From Pyrinomonadaceae bacterium (GTDB taxonomy: Bacteria > Acidobacteriota > Blastocatellia > Pyrinomonadales > Pyrinomonadaceae), in contig DASVPY010000087.1 in NCBI GenBank assembly GCA_036389395.1, positions 1,774 through 65,773 of the forward strand: a DNA stretch of 64,000 nucleotides, given 5' to 3'. The notes beneath the pieces are model-generated. The model worked only from the letters and a program-made list of their open reading frames with translations, had not been told where the DNA came from and ran no database searches. Of this stretch, positions 63,075-64,000 are shown piece after piece; the stretch's first letter is position 1; each line of letters opens with the position of its first letter. The position numbers were made by a program, and so were the translations under genes.

Positions 63075-64000
63075 AACGTCCGCCGCGCGCGCGCGCGCCG
63101 CGCGTAGAGGCCAAGCCCGGCGAGCAGGGCGAGCGTCAGCGCCGAGACGACCGCGCCCTTGCGCGCTGCCGGCGCGACGTAACGCATCTCGACTTTGTGT
63201 CGTCCGGCCGGCAGCGCCACGCCCCGCAGCAAGTAGTCCGTCAACAGGATCGGCCGCGCCGCTCCGTCCACACGCGCCTCCCAGCCCGGATAGAAAAGCT
63301 CGCTCACGACTAACACGCTCGGCGTCGGCGCATCCGTCTCGACAGTCAGACGCGTCGCCTCGTAGCTCACGACGCGCGCCGTCAGTGGCGTAGTCGTCTG
63401 CGCGGCTGCCTGCGCCGGTTCATCAGTCGCCGCCGTTGAAGGCTGACCGGGCAAAGCGGGTAATTCTTCGGGGCGCACTTCGAGCAGGGCGGTGCGTTGC
63501 GGGTCGAACTCGTGTTGGCTCTCGCCGCGGATGCGGCGCAACGCTTCGTCGGCGTCTACTGCTTCCGCCTCAGTGACGAGCCAGGCGCGGGGCTGGGCGC
63601 GCGTGTTCTGTAGGATGAGCGTGTCGTGCTGCTCGTAGACGGGCCGCCAGGCGTCGGAGTAGAGACCGAAGAGCGACGCGGCGCGGCCCGTGCCGGCGGC
63701 GCGCAGCTTCGCGTCGTAGATGGCGAGCCGCGCGTGCGGCGAGACGTTGTCCACTTCGATGCGTTTGACCTCGGCGGGCGCGGGGAACGCGAGCGCCGCT
63801 TTGAAGCGGTGCGCCGCGAACTGGCCGCCCGCGCCGTCGCTGACCTGCGTGCTCTCGGCGACGGGCGCGAGCCGGTGGCGCACGAGCGCGCGCACGTCCC
63901 CTCGCTCGTGCGCCCACTCGGCGGTGTCTCGGCCCGCTTGCAGCTCAAGCTCGAACGTGCGCCCGTCCGCCGCGCGCACGCGCACGCGCGCCACGACCGC
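63071..64000 (-). CDS. YfhO-like membrane protein, paralog 4 (C-terminal part only; the gene continues beyond the window)
   Basis: The translation aligns with the C-terminal roughly 300 residues of paralogs 2 and 3 (RDTAEWAHERGDVRA..., FYPGWEARVDGAARPILLTDYLLRGVALPAGRHKVEMRY). The M at 63994 is not the real start. Confidence 0.7.
   Translation of the reverse strand, partial: AVVARVRVRAADGRTFELELQAGRDTAEWAHERGDVRALVRHRLAPVAESTQVSDGAGGQFAAHRFKAALAFPAPAEVKRIEVDNVSPHARLAIYDAKLRAAGTGRAASLFGLYSDAWRPVYEQHDTLILQNTRAQPRAWLVTEAEAVDADEALRRIRGESQHEFDPQRTALLEVRPEELPALPGQPSTAATDEPAQAAAQTTTPLTARVVSYEATRLTVETDAPTPSVLVVSELFYPGWEARVDGAARPILLTDYLLRGVALPAGRHKVEMRYVAPAARKGAVVSALTLALLAGLGLYARRARARRTL

Noticed and set aside
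63994-64000. Apparent ATG start of the last minus-strand ORF at 63994.
   Set aside because: The translated sequence aligns with the middle of the neighbouring paralogs. The gene clearly continues beyond the window, so this Met is internal.

Overview
High-GC bacterial chromosomal segment (about 70% G+C by eye; no phylum-diagnostic marker in the window). I call 44 protein genes. I recognised no rRNA, tRNA, CRISPR array, transposase or integrase.

Coordinates 1-42 kb are mostly housekeeping: maf, gatC-gatA, glnE, glnA, speA plus a deoxyhypusine-synthase-like gene, thrC, thiE-thiD, a cyclophilin and a PAS-GGDEF-EAL protein. These are mixed with secreted peptidases (M14, S8), TPR proteins and small hypothetical genes.

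Two visibly lower-GC inserts interrupt this part. One is a single Cys-rich secreted ORFan (about 9.96-11.05 kb). The other is a two-gene type II restriction-modification module (16.2-18.3 kb) lying between the glnE/S8 genes and glnA.

Coordinates 42-64 kb form a cell-envelope glycan locus:
- an O-antigen-ligase-family protein with an inserted PDZ-like segment
- Wzm and Wzt, split apart by a DUF885 gene
- a heptad coiled-coil protein, a double-GT4 transferase and a SAM methyltransferase
- a GtrB/CsbB-like GT2
- at least four YfhO-like membrane proteins, three of them near-identical tandem paralogs; the last runs off the window

The most unusual non-coding signal is in the intergenic spacers. 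More than half of the spacers between called genes carry a long palindromic element whose arms are tandem arrays of 7-9 nt words (CAGAAGC, GTTCAAC, CACAGAGG, CCGCAAAGG, GTCACCC, GATTGCG). Some arms are perfectly complementary over 33-42 bp. Some elements are nested inside others, some supply gene C-termini, and one pair of half-elements brackets a whole gene.

All functional calls come from motif recognition by eye. No database search was run.
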